Source: a virus
Taxonomy: Duplodnaviria; Caudoviricetes
IMG/VR virus record: IMGVR_UViG_3300011439_000026
Location: 1-44,690 of that record
Strand: one strand, 5' to 3'
Length of the DNA stretch: 44,690 nucleotides
Below are positions 1 through 7,780 of this stretch, piece after piece; positions within the stretch are counted from its first letter, which is position 1; the number at the start of each line of letters is the position of its first letter. A program made the position numbers and the translations under genes. Below the pieces are notes generated by a model, which saw only the letters and a program-made list of their open reading frames with translations, was not told the DNA's origin and did no database searches.

Positions 1-20
1 ATGAGCGCGCGGTAGGTTAA

Positions 21-160
21 GTCGCGTGGCGCGGCAGGGCGAGGACACGCAGGCAAGGCGCGGCTCGGACAGGCAGGGCGTGGCGTTGCGTGGCGCGGCC
101 CGACTGGGCCGGGCGCGGCCAGGCGTGGCAAGGCCGGGCTCGGCGTGGCAAGGCAGGGGC
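21..160 (+). repeat. GGC-NN pentamer tract (candidate guide-RNA array, VIPR-like)
   Basis: GGC at 28,33,38 and GGA at 43, then a phase shift and strict 5-nt phase from 52 to 154: GGC at 52,57,62,72,77,82,92,97,107,112,117,122,127,132,137,142,147,152 with variants GGA 67, TGC 87, GAC 102. Intervening dinucleotides vary. Starts with GTCGC, the reverse complement of the GCGAC anchor of the large array. Confidence 0.85.
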
Positions 161-370
161 ACTATGCAATTGGCGCACGTGCAACCCGCATGGGTGGGTG
201 CGTTGGCGCAATTGGCGGCGGTGTGGCGCAACAACTTGCGGGCGCCAGCAGTTGGCCCCAGGGTTGCAATAGCATGGTGGTGTGCGGCGGTGGTGGTGGG
301 GGCACAGGGCAGCCGTGGCGCTGCAACCCGGGCCACCCCGCCGCACAACCCCCCAACAGGAGCAACGGCA

Positions 371-463
371 ATGGCAACGCTGATCAAGTGGGCAATCGCG
401 GTGGCGGTGGTGGTCGCAGTGGCGCAGTGGGCTGGCCGCTCGGTTGCGGCCTGGATTGGGTAA
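371..463 (+). CDS. small membrane peptide (30 aa)
   Basis: AGGAG at 358-362, ATG 371, MATLIKWAIAVAVVVAVAQWAGRSVAAWIG with one hydrophobic segment. Confidence 0.55.
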   Translation: MATLIKWAIAVAVVVAVAQWAGRSVAAWIG

Positions 464-467
464 CACC

Positions 468-671
468 ATGAACACCGAACTGCAAACCCTGGCCCGCCGC
501 AACGGTGCGGTGGTGCGCCTTGAGGCCCGCCGCAAGCGGCACCTGGTCAACCGGCTGGTGGTGGTGGGGGTGGTGGTGGCCCTGGTGCTGGCGGTGGTGA
601 TTTTCGTGACGGGTGGCGCGCTGATCGCGGTGCCGACCACCCCCAAAACCCCCAACGAGCGAGGCGTGTGA
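468..671 (+). CDS. small single-TM hypothetical protein
   Basis: ATG 468 just after the upstream stop; long hydrophobic run LVVVGVVVALVLAVVIFVTGGALIAV; stop overlaps next gene. Confidence 0.65.
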   Translation: MNTELQTLARRNGAVVRLEARRKRHLVNRLVVVGVVVALVLAVVIFVTGGALIAVPTTPKTPNERGV

Positions 672-1237
672 TGGCCTGGGAATGTGAAGGCTGCCTGAGC
701 ACCAACCAAGACACCGCCCGCACGTGCCAGTGGTGCACGGGTGCGCCCTGCATCGTTTGCGGTGCCCCGGTTGACCGCCAGGGCAATGGCCACGACATTG
801 GCTGCACCGCTGCCCCGCCGATCATGGTGCTGTGGGAATGCCGCCGCGACCAGTGCACGCCCACGCATCGGCTTTACACCGGCGAGGGCAAGCCCTGGCG
901 CGACTGCTGCAAGACGCACGGCGAGGATGCAGCCAGCCGGGACTACGGCCACGACAACGGCCTGGTGCTGGAAAGCATCAAGCCCGCCGGCTCCTGTGCC
1001 GACTGCGGCAGCCCCGACGTGGTGGACGAGTCAACCCGTGGCCCCATCTGCCAGCCGTGCGTTGACGTGCAGGACATGGAAAACGCCCGTGACCTGGCCG
1101 AGCGCCAGGCTCGTGACTGGCAGGAAAACTACAACGAAGCGCGCGAGCTTGAGCGCACCGTCGCCCGTCGCCGCCGTGACGCTGCGGTGGCAGCGGCCAT
1201 GGCCAACATCAACCGCCACAAGCCGGCCCAGCCATGA
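668..1237 (+). CDS. Cys-rich zinc-finger hypothetical protein
   Basis: Multiple CxxC pairs (CEGC, CQWC, CIVC, CADC, CQPC), coiled-coil-like C-terminus, high GC3, ATGA overlap with next ORF. Confidence 0.75.
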   Translation: MMAWECEGCLSTNQDTARTCQWCTGAPCIVCGAPVDRQGNGHDIGCTAAPPIMVLWECRRDQCTPTHRLYTGEGKPWRDCCKTHGEDAASRDYGHDNGLVLESIKPAGSCADCGSPDVVDESTRGPICQPCVDVQDMENARDLAERQARDWQENYNEARELERTVARRRRDAAVAAAMANINRHKPAQP

Positions 1238-1257
1238 CACCACCCAGGGAGGTAGCT

Positions 1258-1869
1258 ATGAATTCCTTGTTAGGATTCGCAAGAGGCCAGGCCGCCAGAG
1301 CGGCGGGGAATCCGCTGCGCGTGTTCGATTGGGACAAGGCTGCACGGTTGATCGCCGAGCACCGCCCGTTAGTAGCTCGCGCAGGACTTTCCGGTGACTG
1401 GGAGTGGACGGGAGGCGAGATCTACCGCGATGGGAAGCCAGTCTACGACGACGGGGCATACCTCGCAAGCATCTGGGCGATTCCCGAACTGGACCTAGAC
1501 GGCGATGTTATCGAGTGCTGGCGCTACCAGGCCGACACGCCGGGATGGGATTCCAGCACCCGTTGGCCGGGTACATCGCTAGCAGCCCTGAGTGAACCAA
1601 AACCCCAAAAACCCCAACCAAAGGAGCAACCCATGGCAACGATACCGAACACCGACCCCGACGCTGCCCTGGCCGACACCCTGGCCACCGGCTCCATTCG
1701 CCGCATGTTTGAGCGCACGCTGCTGACCGCCAGTCGCCTGCTGGAACTGCATGTGCCCACCGGCGAAGGCCGAATGACCCGCGAGGAAATCGCCCTGTGC
1801 CTGCGCATCATTCGGGGTGAGGCCAACGTGGGCGTGGCCGACGCCCACGACGAGCGGGGCAATGACTGA
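1258..1869 (+). CDS. hypothetical phage protein, probably two modules with an internal start at 1633
   Basis: GGAGGT RBS before ATG 1258; N-terminal VFDWDKAARLI...AGLSGDWEWTGG module; second RBS AAGGAG 1621-1626 before in-frame ATG 1633. Confidence 0.7.
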   Translation: MNSLLGFARGQAARAAGNPLRVFDWDKAARLIAEHRPLVARAGLSGDWEWTGGEIYRDGKPVYDDGAYLASIWAIPELDLDGDVIECWRYQADTPGWDSSTRWPGTSLAALSEPKPQKPQPKEQPMATIPNTDPDAALADTLATGSIRRMFERTLLTASRLLELHVPTGEGRMTREEIALCLRIIRGEANVGVADAHDERGND

Positions 1870-2155
1870 CGACACCGGCACCAACATCACGCCCAGGCAC
1901 CAGGCCCTGTTCGGGCACCTGCTCAACAGCGGCCAGGATTACGCCCTGTTTTCGTGCTTTTACGACGGCCTGCCCGCCGTGGTCATCGTGCGCGTGTGGC
2001 ACGAGCGCGCCGACGGCGACGAGGCCGGGGGCCACTATGGCCTGCACCCGGTGTGGCTGGCCATTGACGACGCCATTGCCGCACGCCTGACCGACCACCA
2101 ACACGTGGCGCCCACCCCAGGCGCCCACCAACCAAACCCAAAGGATCCAGCATGA
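1862..2155 (+). CDS. hypothetical protein
   Basis: ATG 1862 overlaps upstream stop; high-GC3 codons; ATGA overlap with the RAMP gene suggests translational coupling. Confidence 0.7.
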   Translation: MTDDTGTNITPRHQALFGHLLNSGQDYALFSCFYDGLPAVVIVRVWHERADGDEAGGHYGLHPVWLAIDDAIAARLTDHQHVAPTPGAHQPNPKDPA

Positions 2156-2919
2156 AAACCCAACCCACCGACACAACCATCGCCCCCCCCGCCAAGGCCC
2201 AAGCTGCACCTGCGCCACCCGGCAACGTGCTTGGCGTGTCGTTTGAGGATATCTACACTGGCCACTACCGCATCAGCCTGGTCATGCGCGAGTGGTTGGT
2301 GGGGGGCATCCCCAAGGACCCCGACGTGCAGAAGAAGTGGCTTGAAACGCAGGGCTGGACCCCAGCCGAGGCCGATGAATACGTGGCCCGCACCCGCAAG
2401 GAAACCGAGGAAGCCGGTGGCGACTGGGTGGAGGAAGCTGAGATGGAGGGCTGGTCGGGCTTTAAGTCCGATGCCACCGGGGGCCTATTCATCGAAACGC
2501 GCCAGATCAAGGCGCTCATCCGCGAGTGTGCCACCGAACTTGAGTTAACCAAGGACCGCCAGGCGGGCCTGCGCCAACGCATCCAGCACGGCCTCATGAT
2601 CAAGAGCGTGCAGGGAGGGGAGCGCCTTTACCTTGGCCGCGAAAAGCCCGATGGTGATTACACCGGGGTGTGCCACGTCATGACGCCGCGTGGCAAAAAG
2701 GCCGCGTTTAAAAAGGCTGATTACGTGGCTGGGGTATCCATCACGTTTGAGGTGTGGATCGTGCAGGCGGCCAAGTTCACCGACGAAAAGCTGCGCAAGG
2801 TGCTGTTTCTGGCGCAGGAGGCCGGCCTGGGTGCCAACCGTAGCCAGGGCCAGGGCAAGTTCGACGTGACGGCATTTGAGGTACTGGCCACCGTGGCGCC
2901 GAAAGAAAAGCCGGCGTAA
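2152..2919 (+). CDS. stand-alone Cas7-like RAMP-superfamily protein (candidate guide-RNA-binding effector, Vipr-like)
   Basis: AAGGA RBS; N-terminal strand YRISLVMREWLVGG; central LFIETRQIKALIRE resembling the Cas7/Csm3 IPGSSxKGxxR helix; C-terminal G-rich loop GLGANRSQGQGKFDV typical of RAMP proteins. No other cas genes in the window. Confidence 0.8.
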   Translation: MKTQPTDTTIAPPAKAQAAPAPPGNVLGVSFEDIYTGHYRISLVMREWLVGGIPKDPDVQKKWLETQGWTPAEADEYVARTRKETEEAGGDWVEEAEMEGWSGFKSDATGGLFIETRQIKALIRECATELELTKDRQAGLRQRIQHGLMIKSVQGGERLYLGREKPDGDYTGVCHVMTPRGKKAAFKKADYVAGVSITFEVWIVQAAKFTDEKLRKVLFLAQEAGLGANRSQGQGKFDVTAFEVLATVAPKEKPA

Positions 2920-2934
2920 CCTGCCGGCCGACGT

Positions 2935-3000
2935 GGCATGGGCGGGTAGCATGCGCGAAGGTTCCGGGGGGTTTCCTTTGCCATGCACCCGCCCCATGCC
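2935..3000 (+). other. long stem-loop between RAMP gene and array (leader, processing site or terminator)
   Basis: Arm GGCATGGGCGGGTAGCATG (2935-2953) pairs with CATGCACCCGCCCCATGCC (2982-3000) with two bulges; inner GCGAAGG/CCTTTGC extends the stem. Confidence 0.75.
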
Positions 3001-3013
3001 GCCCTGCACACGG

Positions 3014-4720
3014 GTTGCGACAAGCCAAACCATGCACCGACCCTTGTGACGAGCCGTTACATGCCGGACCAGGCCACTGCGACGAGCCGATACGCCTACC
3101 CACCATGCCGTGCCGACGCGACTATCCCTCCCGTCCCGCGCCAGTCCCTGCGTGACAGCCCAAGCCCACGCCCAACCGAGCCAGCACGACTGTCCGAGCC
3201 TGCGCGGTGCCGCCCCAGCCTGGCCACCGTGACCCGCGCGACAAGCCCGTGTGACGGAGCCGATACGCGCCCGCACGGGCCGTCCCCGTGCGACTCGCCA
3301 CCCCCAGCCGAACCTGGCCGTGCCACGCCTGCGCGACAAGCCTACCCGTGCCGAGCCTGCGCGACGAACCGAGCCAAGCCACACCAGCACGACCCGCCCA
3401 GCCCACCCAGACCTGCGCGACTTGCCAAGCCCGTACCTGCCCGCCCAACGCGACTTGTCCAGCCCCAGCCCGTGCGACGAGCCTAGCCGCGCCTACCCAC
3501 CGGGACAAGCCACGGCGCGCCCGTCCCTTTCCATTGCGACGAGCCGATCCATTCCAGCACGACAAACCAGGCCGCGCCGATCCCCCGTGACATGCCGATG
3601 CCCGCCAAGCCCATGCCATTGCGACTGTTCCAGCCCTACCCCAGCCAGCGCGACGATCCATTCCCCGCCCAACCCGTGCCGGCCGAGGTGACGCGCCATG
3701 CCCGCCCGTTCCCTCCCGCCGTGACAAGCCGAGCCCAACCGTGCCGTGCCACCGTGACGAACCAGGCCAGTCCGTGCCCCTGCGACAACCCGCCCCATTC
3801 CGGATCGCCCCGGTGTGACAGGCCCGGCCTTTCCCAACGCGCGCCGTTGCGACTTTCCTCTCCGAGCCGCGCCTTGCCTGCGTGACACGCCTTGCCCGGC
3901 CAGGCCTTTCCTTCGTGACTCCCCACGCCGAGCCGCCGCGACACGCCCAGCCGACTGCCTGCCGCGCCGATACGACTGCCCACTCCAAGCCGAGCCGCCT
4001 GCGACGCACCGCCCCTGCCCTGCCCAGCGCGACAAGCCATGCCAGCCCGCTCCACGCCATCGCGACGAGCCACGCCCTGCCAGCCCCGAGCGACGATCCA
4101 TTCCCCGCCCAACCCGTGCCGTGCCGAGGTGACGCACCATGCCAGCCCGACCCCCGCCCGCGCGACACGCCCAACCGAGCCATGCCAGTCCTTTTCGGCG
4201 CGACAAGCCATGCCGCCTCCTGCCCGCGCGACTTGCCACCACCGAGCCAGCCCACACCTGGGTGACTGTCCACGCCAACCCACGCCACACCAGCACGACC
4301 CGCCGTGCCGATCCAAGCCCACTCGACGTGCCGCTCCAGCCCCCAGCTGCGCGACGATCCATGCCAGCCCCCAGCGACTATCCGCCCCCTTCCCTCCCGA
4401 TCCCGGCCGCCGCGACTACCCAAGCCATGCCCACGCCGAGCCGCTGCGACAGGCCAAGCCCCGCCCCACCGTTGCGACTGCCCGAGCCAACCCGCCCCGC
4501 CACGACAAGCCAGACCGGTCCTGGCCGTTGCGACGAGCCGATACAGCCCATGCCAAGCCACCGTGACGAACCATCCAAACCAAGCCGAGCCAGCACGACA
4601 TTCCAGGCCCAACCCGCCCCGTGCAGCACGACAACCCAAGCCCAACCCGCCCCGTGCGACACACCAGGCCGAGCCCACGCCACCACGACAGGCCATGCCA
4701 AGCCCCGCCCCCCCCTTGAC
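3014..4720. ncRNA. array of about 55 units NNN-RYGAC + (NN-NCC)n; candidate guide-RNA array
   Basis: Anchors GCGAC/GTGAC/ACGAC recur mostly 28, 33 or 38 nt apart (8+5n, some +/-1). Examples: 3721 GTGAC AAGCC GAGCC CAACC GTGCC GTGCC ACC; 3849 GCGAC TTTCC TCTCC GAGCC GCGCC TTGCC TGC; 4029 GCGAC AAGCC ATGCC AGCCC GCTCC ACGCC ATC. No credible protein in any frame. The repeat is seen directly; RNA status and strand are inferred. Confidence 0.8.
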
Positions 4721-4745
4721 GCTGCACAGCGCCCGCCTCTACCCT
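4716..4745 (+). promoter_or_regulatory. putative sigma70-type promoter for the packaging operon
   Basis: TTGACG (4716-4721), 18-nt spacer, TACCCT (4740-4745), 10 nt before ATG 4756, which lacks an SD. Confidence 0.45.
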
Positions 4746-4755
4746 GCGCAACGTT

Positions 4756-5526
4756 ATGGCTGGTAAACAGGACACCCCACCGGCACCGGATCCGGAACCC
4801 ACCCACACACCTGACGGTAAGTTCGCACCTGGCAACCAACTAGGCGCGCGCAACCCGCCCGGCCAGGCGCCGCGCTTCCGGGTTAGCTACGACCCCGACC
4901 GCGATCCGCCCATGCCCAGCGGCGCTTCGCCCCACACCAAGCGCAGCCGCGCTGCCCTGAGCACCGCCAAAACCGCTACCCCCAAAACCGAGGTGGAACG
5001 CCGCCGCCGCGAAACCGTGCGCCTGCGCATCATGGGCGTGCCGTGGGAGCAGATCGCCAAGGAACTGGGCGTGTCGGTGTCTTCAGTCGTCAAGTACGAG
5101 CGCGGCTGGTACGACAAAGAGGCCATCAACTACAACCGGCCGGCCGAAATCCTCCGCATTGCCAACCGCTACGGCCAACTGTTCACCATGGCCATGGCCG
5201 AATTCACTTCCTACAACAACGAAAAGCTCAAGCGCCTGCAAGCCAACCCCAACGTGGACCCGCGCCTGATTGAGGCTGCCCTGAACGAGCGCGCCGAATT
5301 CCGCGCCATGATGCTCACCAAGATTGCGCACATCTTGGCGTACGAGTGGCGCGCGCGCACCAGCATCGACGTGCAGCAACAGGCCAGTGGCGCGGTGCCA
5401 ATCACCCCGGGGGCGCCCAGTGACGTTTACAACCGGATCGTTGCCGAGCTTGACCCCGCAGGGCGCGCCGAACTGGCGGCGAGAATTAGAGGAGTACGCG
5501 AGTTGGTCCCGGGCATTAGCCCATAG
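4756..5526 (+). CDS. terS: terminase small subunit (HTH)
   Basis: DGKFAPGN motif, HTH LRIMGVPWEQIAKELGVSVSSV, immediately upstream of TerL. Confidence 0.7.
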   Translation: MAGKQDTPPAPDPEPTHTPDGKFAPGNQLGARNPPGQAPRFRVSYDPDRDPPMPSGASPHTKRSRAALSTAKTATPKTEVERRRRETVRLRIMGVPWEQIAKELGVSVSSVVKYERGWYDKEAINYNRPAEILRIANRYGQLFTMAMAEFTSYNNEKLKRLQANPNVDPRLIEAALNERAEFRAMMLTKIAHILAYEWRARTSIDVQQQASGAVPITPGAPSDVYNRIVAELDPAGRAELAARIRGVRELVPGISP

Positions 5527-6985
5527 CAACGCCGCGTATCTGGGCGAGTACGCACTGCGGCTCACGCCCGCGCCGTTCCACGTCGAGTGGCAGGAACTGT
5601 GTGACCAGCACGATCGGCTGATTATCTTCGCCCCGCCCGAGCACGCCAAGACCACGCAACTGGCCATCCTGCGCAGCCTGTGGGAGCTTGGCCACAACCC
5701 CGACCTGCGTATTGCGCTCATCAGCGAAACGGCCACCCAGTCCGAGAAGTCGCTGGGGCGCATCAAGGCCAACATCCTTTACAACGAGCGCGTGCGCCGG
5801 GTGTTCCCCGGCCTGGTGCCTGCCTTTGACGGCAATAGCACGCGACCCAGTACGTGGTACCAACGCGCAATCCTGGTGCAGCGCAGCCAGTTTGCCGCCC
5901 TGGCCGAGAAGGACTACAGCATCGAGGCCATGGGCATGGGTGGCGCCATCATGGGCAGCCGCATTGACCTGGCCATCCTTGACGACTGTGTGTCGTGGCG
6001 CAACACCATCACTGACGCCAGCAAGCGCAAGGTCATCGAATGGTTCAAGGATGTGCTGGTGGGGCGCATGACCAAGAACGGCCGGGTGCTCATCATCAAC
6101 AACACGTGGTGGGACGACGACCTGATGCACGTGTTGGAGCAGGAGGGCATGTACACCGTCCGCCGCTACAACGCGGGCGAGCCCCCTTGCGTGTGGCCCC
6201 AGGTGTGGCCCGAGCACCGCCTTGAGCGGCGCCGTGCCGAGCTTGGCGACGTCGAGTACGCCCGCCAAATGCTCAACGTGCCGCTGAGCCACATGACGCG
6301 CTTCCTGCCGGTGGACGCCATCCGCGAGTGCCAAGCGTTGTGCGATGACCCCCCCCACTGGTGGACGGGCGGGTACGATGACGACAGTTTCAGCCAAGTG
6401 GCGTGCGGCATCGACTTTGGCGTGGACGATGAGCCGGGTGCAGCCCTGACCGCGATTGCCACGGTGAGCGAGGACTGGCAGGAGCGCAAACACCTGCTCA
6501 ACATGCGCAGCGGCCTGTGGGTGGGCTTTGAGTTGCTGCGCGAGGTGGTGCACACCCACCTGACCATGCGGCCGAGCGAGTGGTTGGCCGAAACCAACGG
6601 CGCCCAGGAGCACCTGGCCAGCATGATCGGCATGCCGGGCATCATGCCGCGCATGGCCGAGGAGTTGGTGAAGGAGGGGCGGTTGACCGACGCCGATGCC
6701 CGGGACTGCCTGGCCAGGGCGCGGCCGATCAGCGTCAGTGGGCAGTTCACCACGGCGGCCAAGAAGGCGGACGAGCGGTGGGGCATCCGCACGCTGGCGC
6801 CAGAGTTTGAAAACCACGAGTGGCGCATCCCCAAGGGCAGGCGTGAGGTGGAGGAGTTGATTTTGGAGTTGGGCCGGTGGCGGCCGAGTGCGCACCCCGG
6901 GGACCGGCTGATTGCGCTGTGGCTGGGGCGCACCCGGCTGGCCGGCATGGGGGGGGTTGCCTACTTTGGGGCCGAAAGCGTGTGA
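5420..6985 (+). CDS. terL: terminase large subunit (start uncertain: GTG 5420 or TTG 5441/5450)
   Basis: Walker A-like IFAPPEHAKTT, GSRIDLAILDD Walker B, NTWWDDDL coupling motif, RNase H-like GIDFG. Confidence 0.9.
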   Translation: MTFTTGSLPSLTPQGAPNWRRELEEYASWSRALAHSNAAYLGEYALRLTPAPFHVEWQELCDQHDRLIIFAPPEHAKTTQLAILRSLWELGHNPDLRIALISETATQSEKSLGRIKANILYNERVRRVFPGLVPAFDGNSTRPSTWYQRAILVQRSQFAALAEKDYSIEAMGMGGAIMGSRIDLAILDDCVSWRNTITDASKRKVIEWFKDVLVGRMTKNGRVLIINNTWWDDDLMHVLEQEGMYTVRRYNAGEPPCVWPQVWPEHRLERRRAELGDVEYARQMLNVPLSHMTRFLPVDAIRECQALCDDPPHWWTGGYDDDSFSQVACGIDFGVDDEPGAALTAIATVSEDWQERKHLLNMRSGLWVGFELLREVVHTHLTMRPSEWLAETNGAQEHLASMIGMPGIMPRMAEELVKEGRLTDADARDCLARARPISVSGQFTTAAKKADERWGIRTLAPEFENHEWRIPKGRREVEELILELGRWRPSAHPGDRLIALWLGRTRLAGMGGVAYFGAESV

Positions 6986-7129
6986 AGGGGCTTGCACCGC
7001 GCGCGGCAACATGGTCCCATGGCGCGCGAGGCAGCGGGGGGTCAAGCCTTTGCGAGGCTCGCCCCTACCGGCTTTGTGGTTGGCTGGCCGCTGCCTGGCA
7101 CCCCCGCGCAACCAGGAGGAAAAAGCCGC

Positions 7130-7780
7130 GTGGACCCGTTGCCGCCCATGGTCATTGAGGACCACCCGCTGACCGACCTCAAGCCGGCCCCGTACAACCC
7201 GCGCACCATCACGCCCGAGGCCCTGGGGGGTCTGGACCGCAGCCTGACCGAGTTTGGCCTGGTGGAGCCCATCGTATGGAACCGCCGCACCGGGTACGTG
7301 GTGGGTGGGCACCAGCGACTGCACCTGCTGGCCGAGCGCGGCATCAAGCGCACGCAGGTGGTGGTGGTGGACCTGGACGATGCGCGCGAACGGGCGCTCA
7401 ACATCACGCTCAACAACGACGCGCTGGCGGGCAGTTTCAACGAGCAAGCCACCGCGCTATTGGCAGCCGCCAAGGCCGCGCTGGACCCTGACCTGTTCAA
7501 CGCGCTGCGGTTCGAAGAAATCTACTACCCGGGCAAGTTGTTGGAGTATGTGCCTGGGGCAGCGCTGGACTACGGGCTGGTGCCCGAGGCCGCCGAGCTT
7601 GACGAGGCCACCCTGGCCCAAGGGCTGCGCACGCTGCGGCTGGTGTTCAACGAGACAACGTTTGCTGAGGTCAAGAACACCCTGCGCAGGTTGCAGGCGG
7701 TGTACGCCACCGACGACGTGGCCGCCATTGTGCTTGGCGCCCTGCGTGACGCCGTGGCCCAGCACCAGCCGCCGCAATGA
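7130..7780 (+). CDS. ParB/Srx N-terminal domain protein
   Basis: AGGAGG RBS 7114-7119, GTG 7130; LKPAPYNPRTI...FGLVEPIVWN...VVGGHQRL is the ParB-N signature. Confidence 0.85.
   Translation: MDPLPPMVIEDHPLTDLKPAPYNPRTITPEALGGLDRSLTEFGLVEPIVWNRRTGYVVGGHQRLHLLAERGIKRTQVVVVDLDDARERALNITLNNDALAGSFNEQATALLAAAKAALDPDLFNALRFEEIYYPGKLLEYVPGAALDYGLVPEAAELDEATLAQGLRTLRLVFNETTFAEVKNTLRRLQAVYATDDVAAIVLGALRDAVAQHQPPQ

Noticed and set aside
17-952. Long ORFs 17-952 (-) and 26-463 (+)
   Set aside because: They are the antisense shadow of real genes and read-through of the pentamer tract; the credible start is ATG 371.
3014-4720. Canonical CRISPR array or TIGR array
   Set aside because: No 23-47 nt conserved repeat with unique spacers, no box C/D-like motifs, and no cas1/cas2 or Nop-domain gene in the window.
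3014-4720. Simple microsatellite or G-quadruplex/origin tract
   Set aside because: Dinucleotides vary while phase and anchors are conserved, which simple slippage would homogenise. A two-tier G4 role cannot be fully excluded.
2983-4853. Many long overlapping ORFs on both strands across the array (e.g. 3122-4696, 524 aa)
   Set aside because: Low-complexity R/P/A or G/W/A translations in all frames; 5-nt period and unit lengths such as 28 and 38 nt do not preserve frame; no RBS. They are by-products of a stop-poor repeat.
6992-7045. Promoter-like TTGCAC and short inverted repeats before the ParB-like gene
   Set aside because: The -10 match is too poor to support a call.
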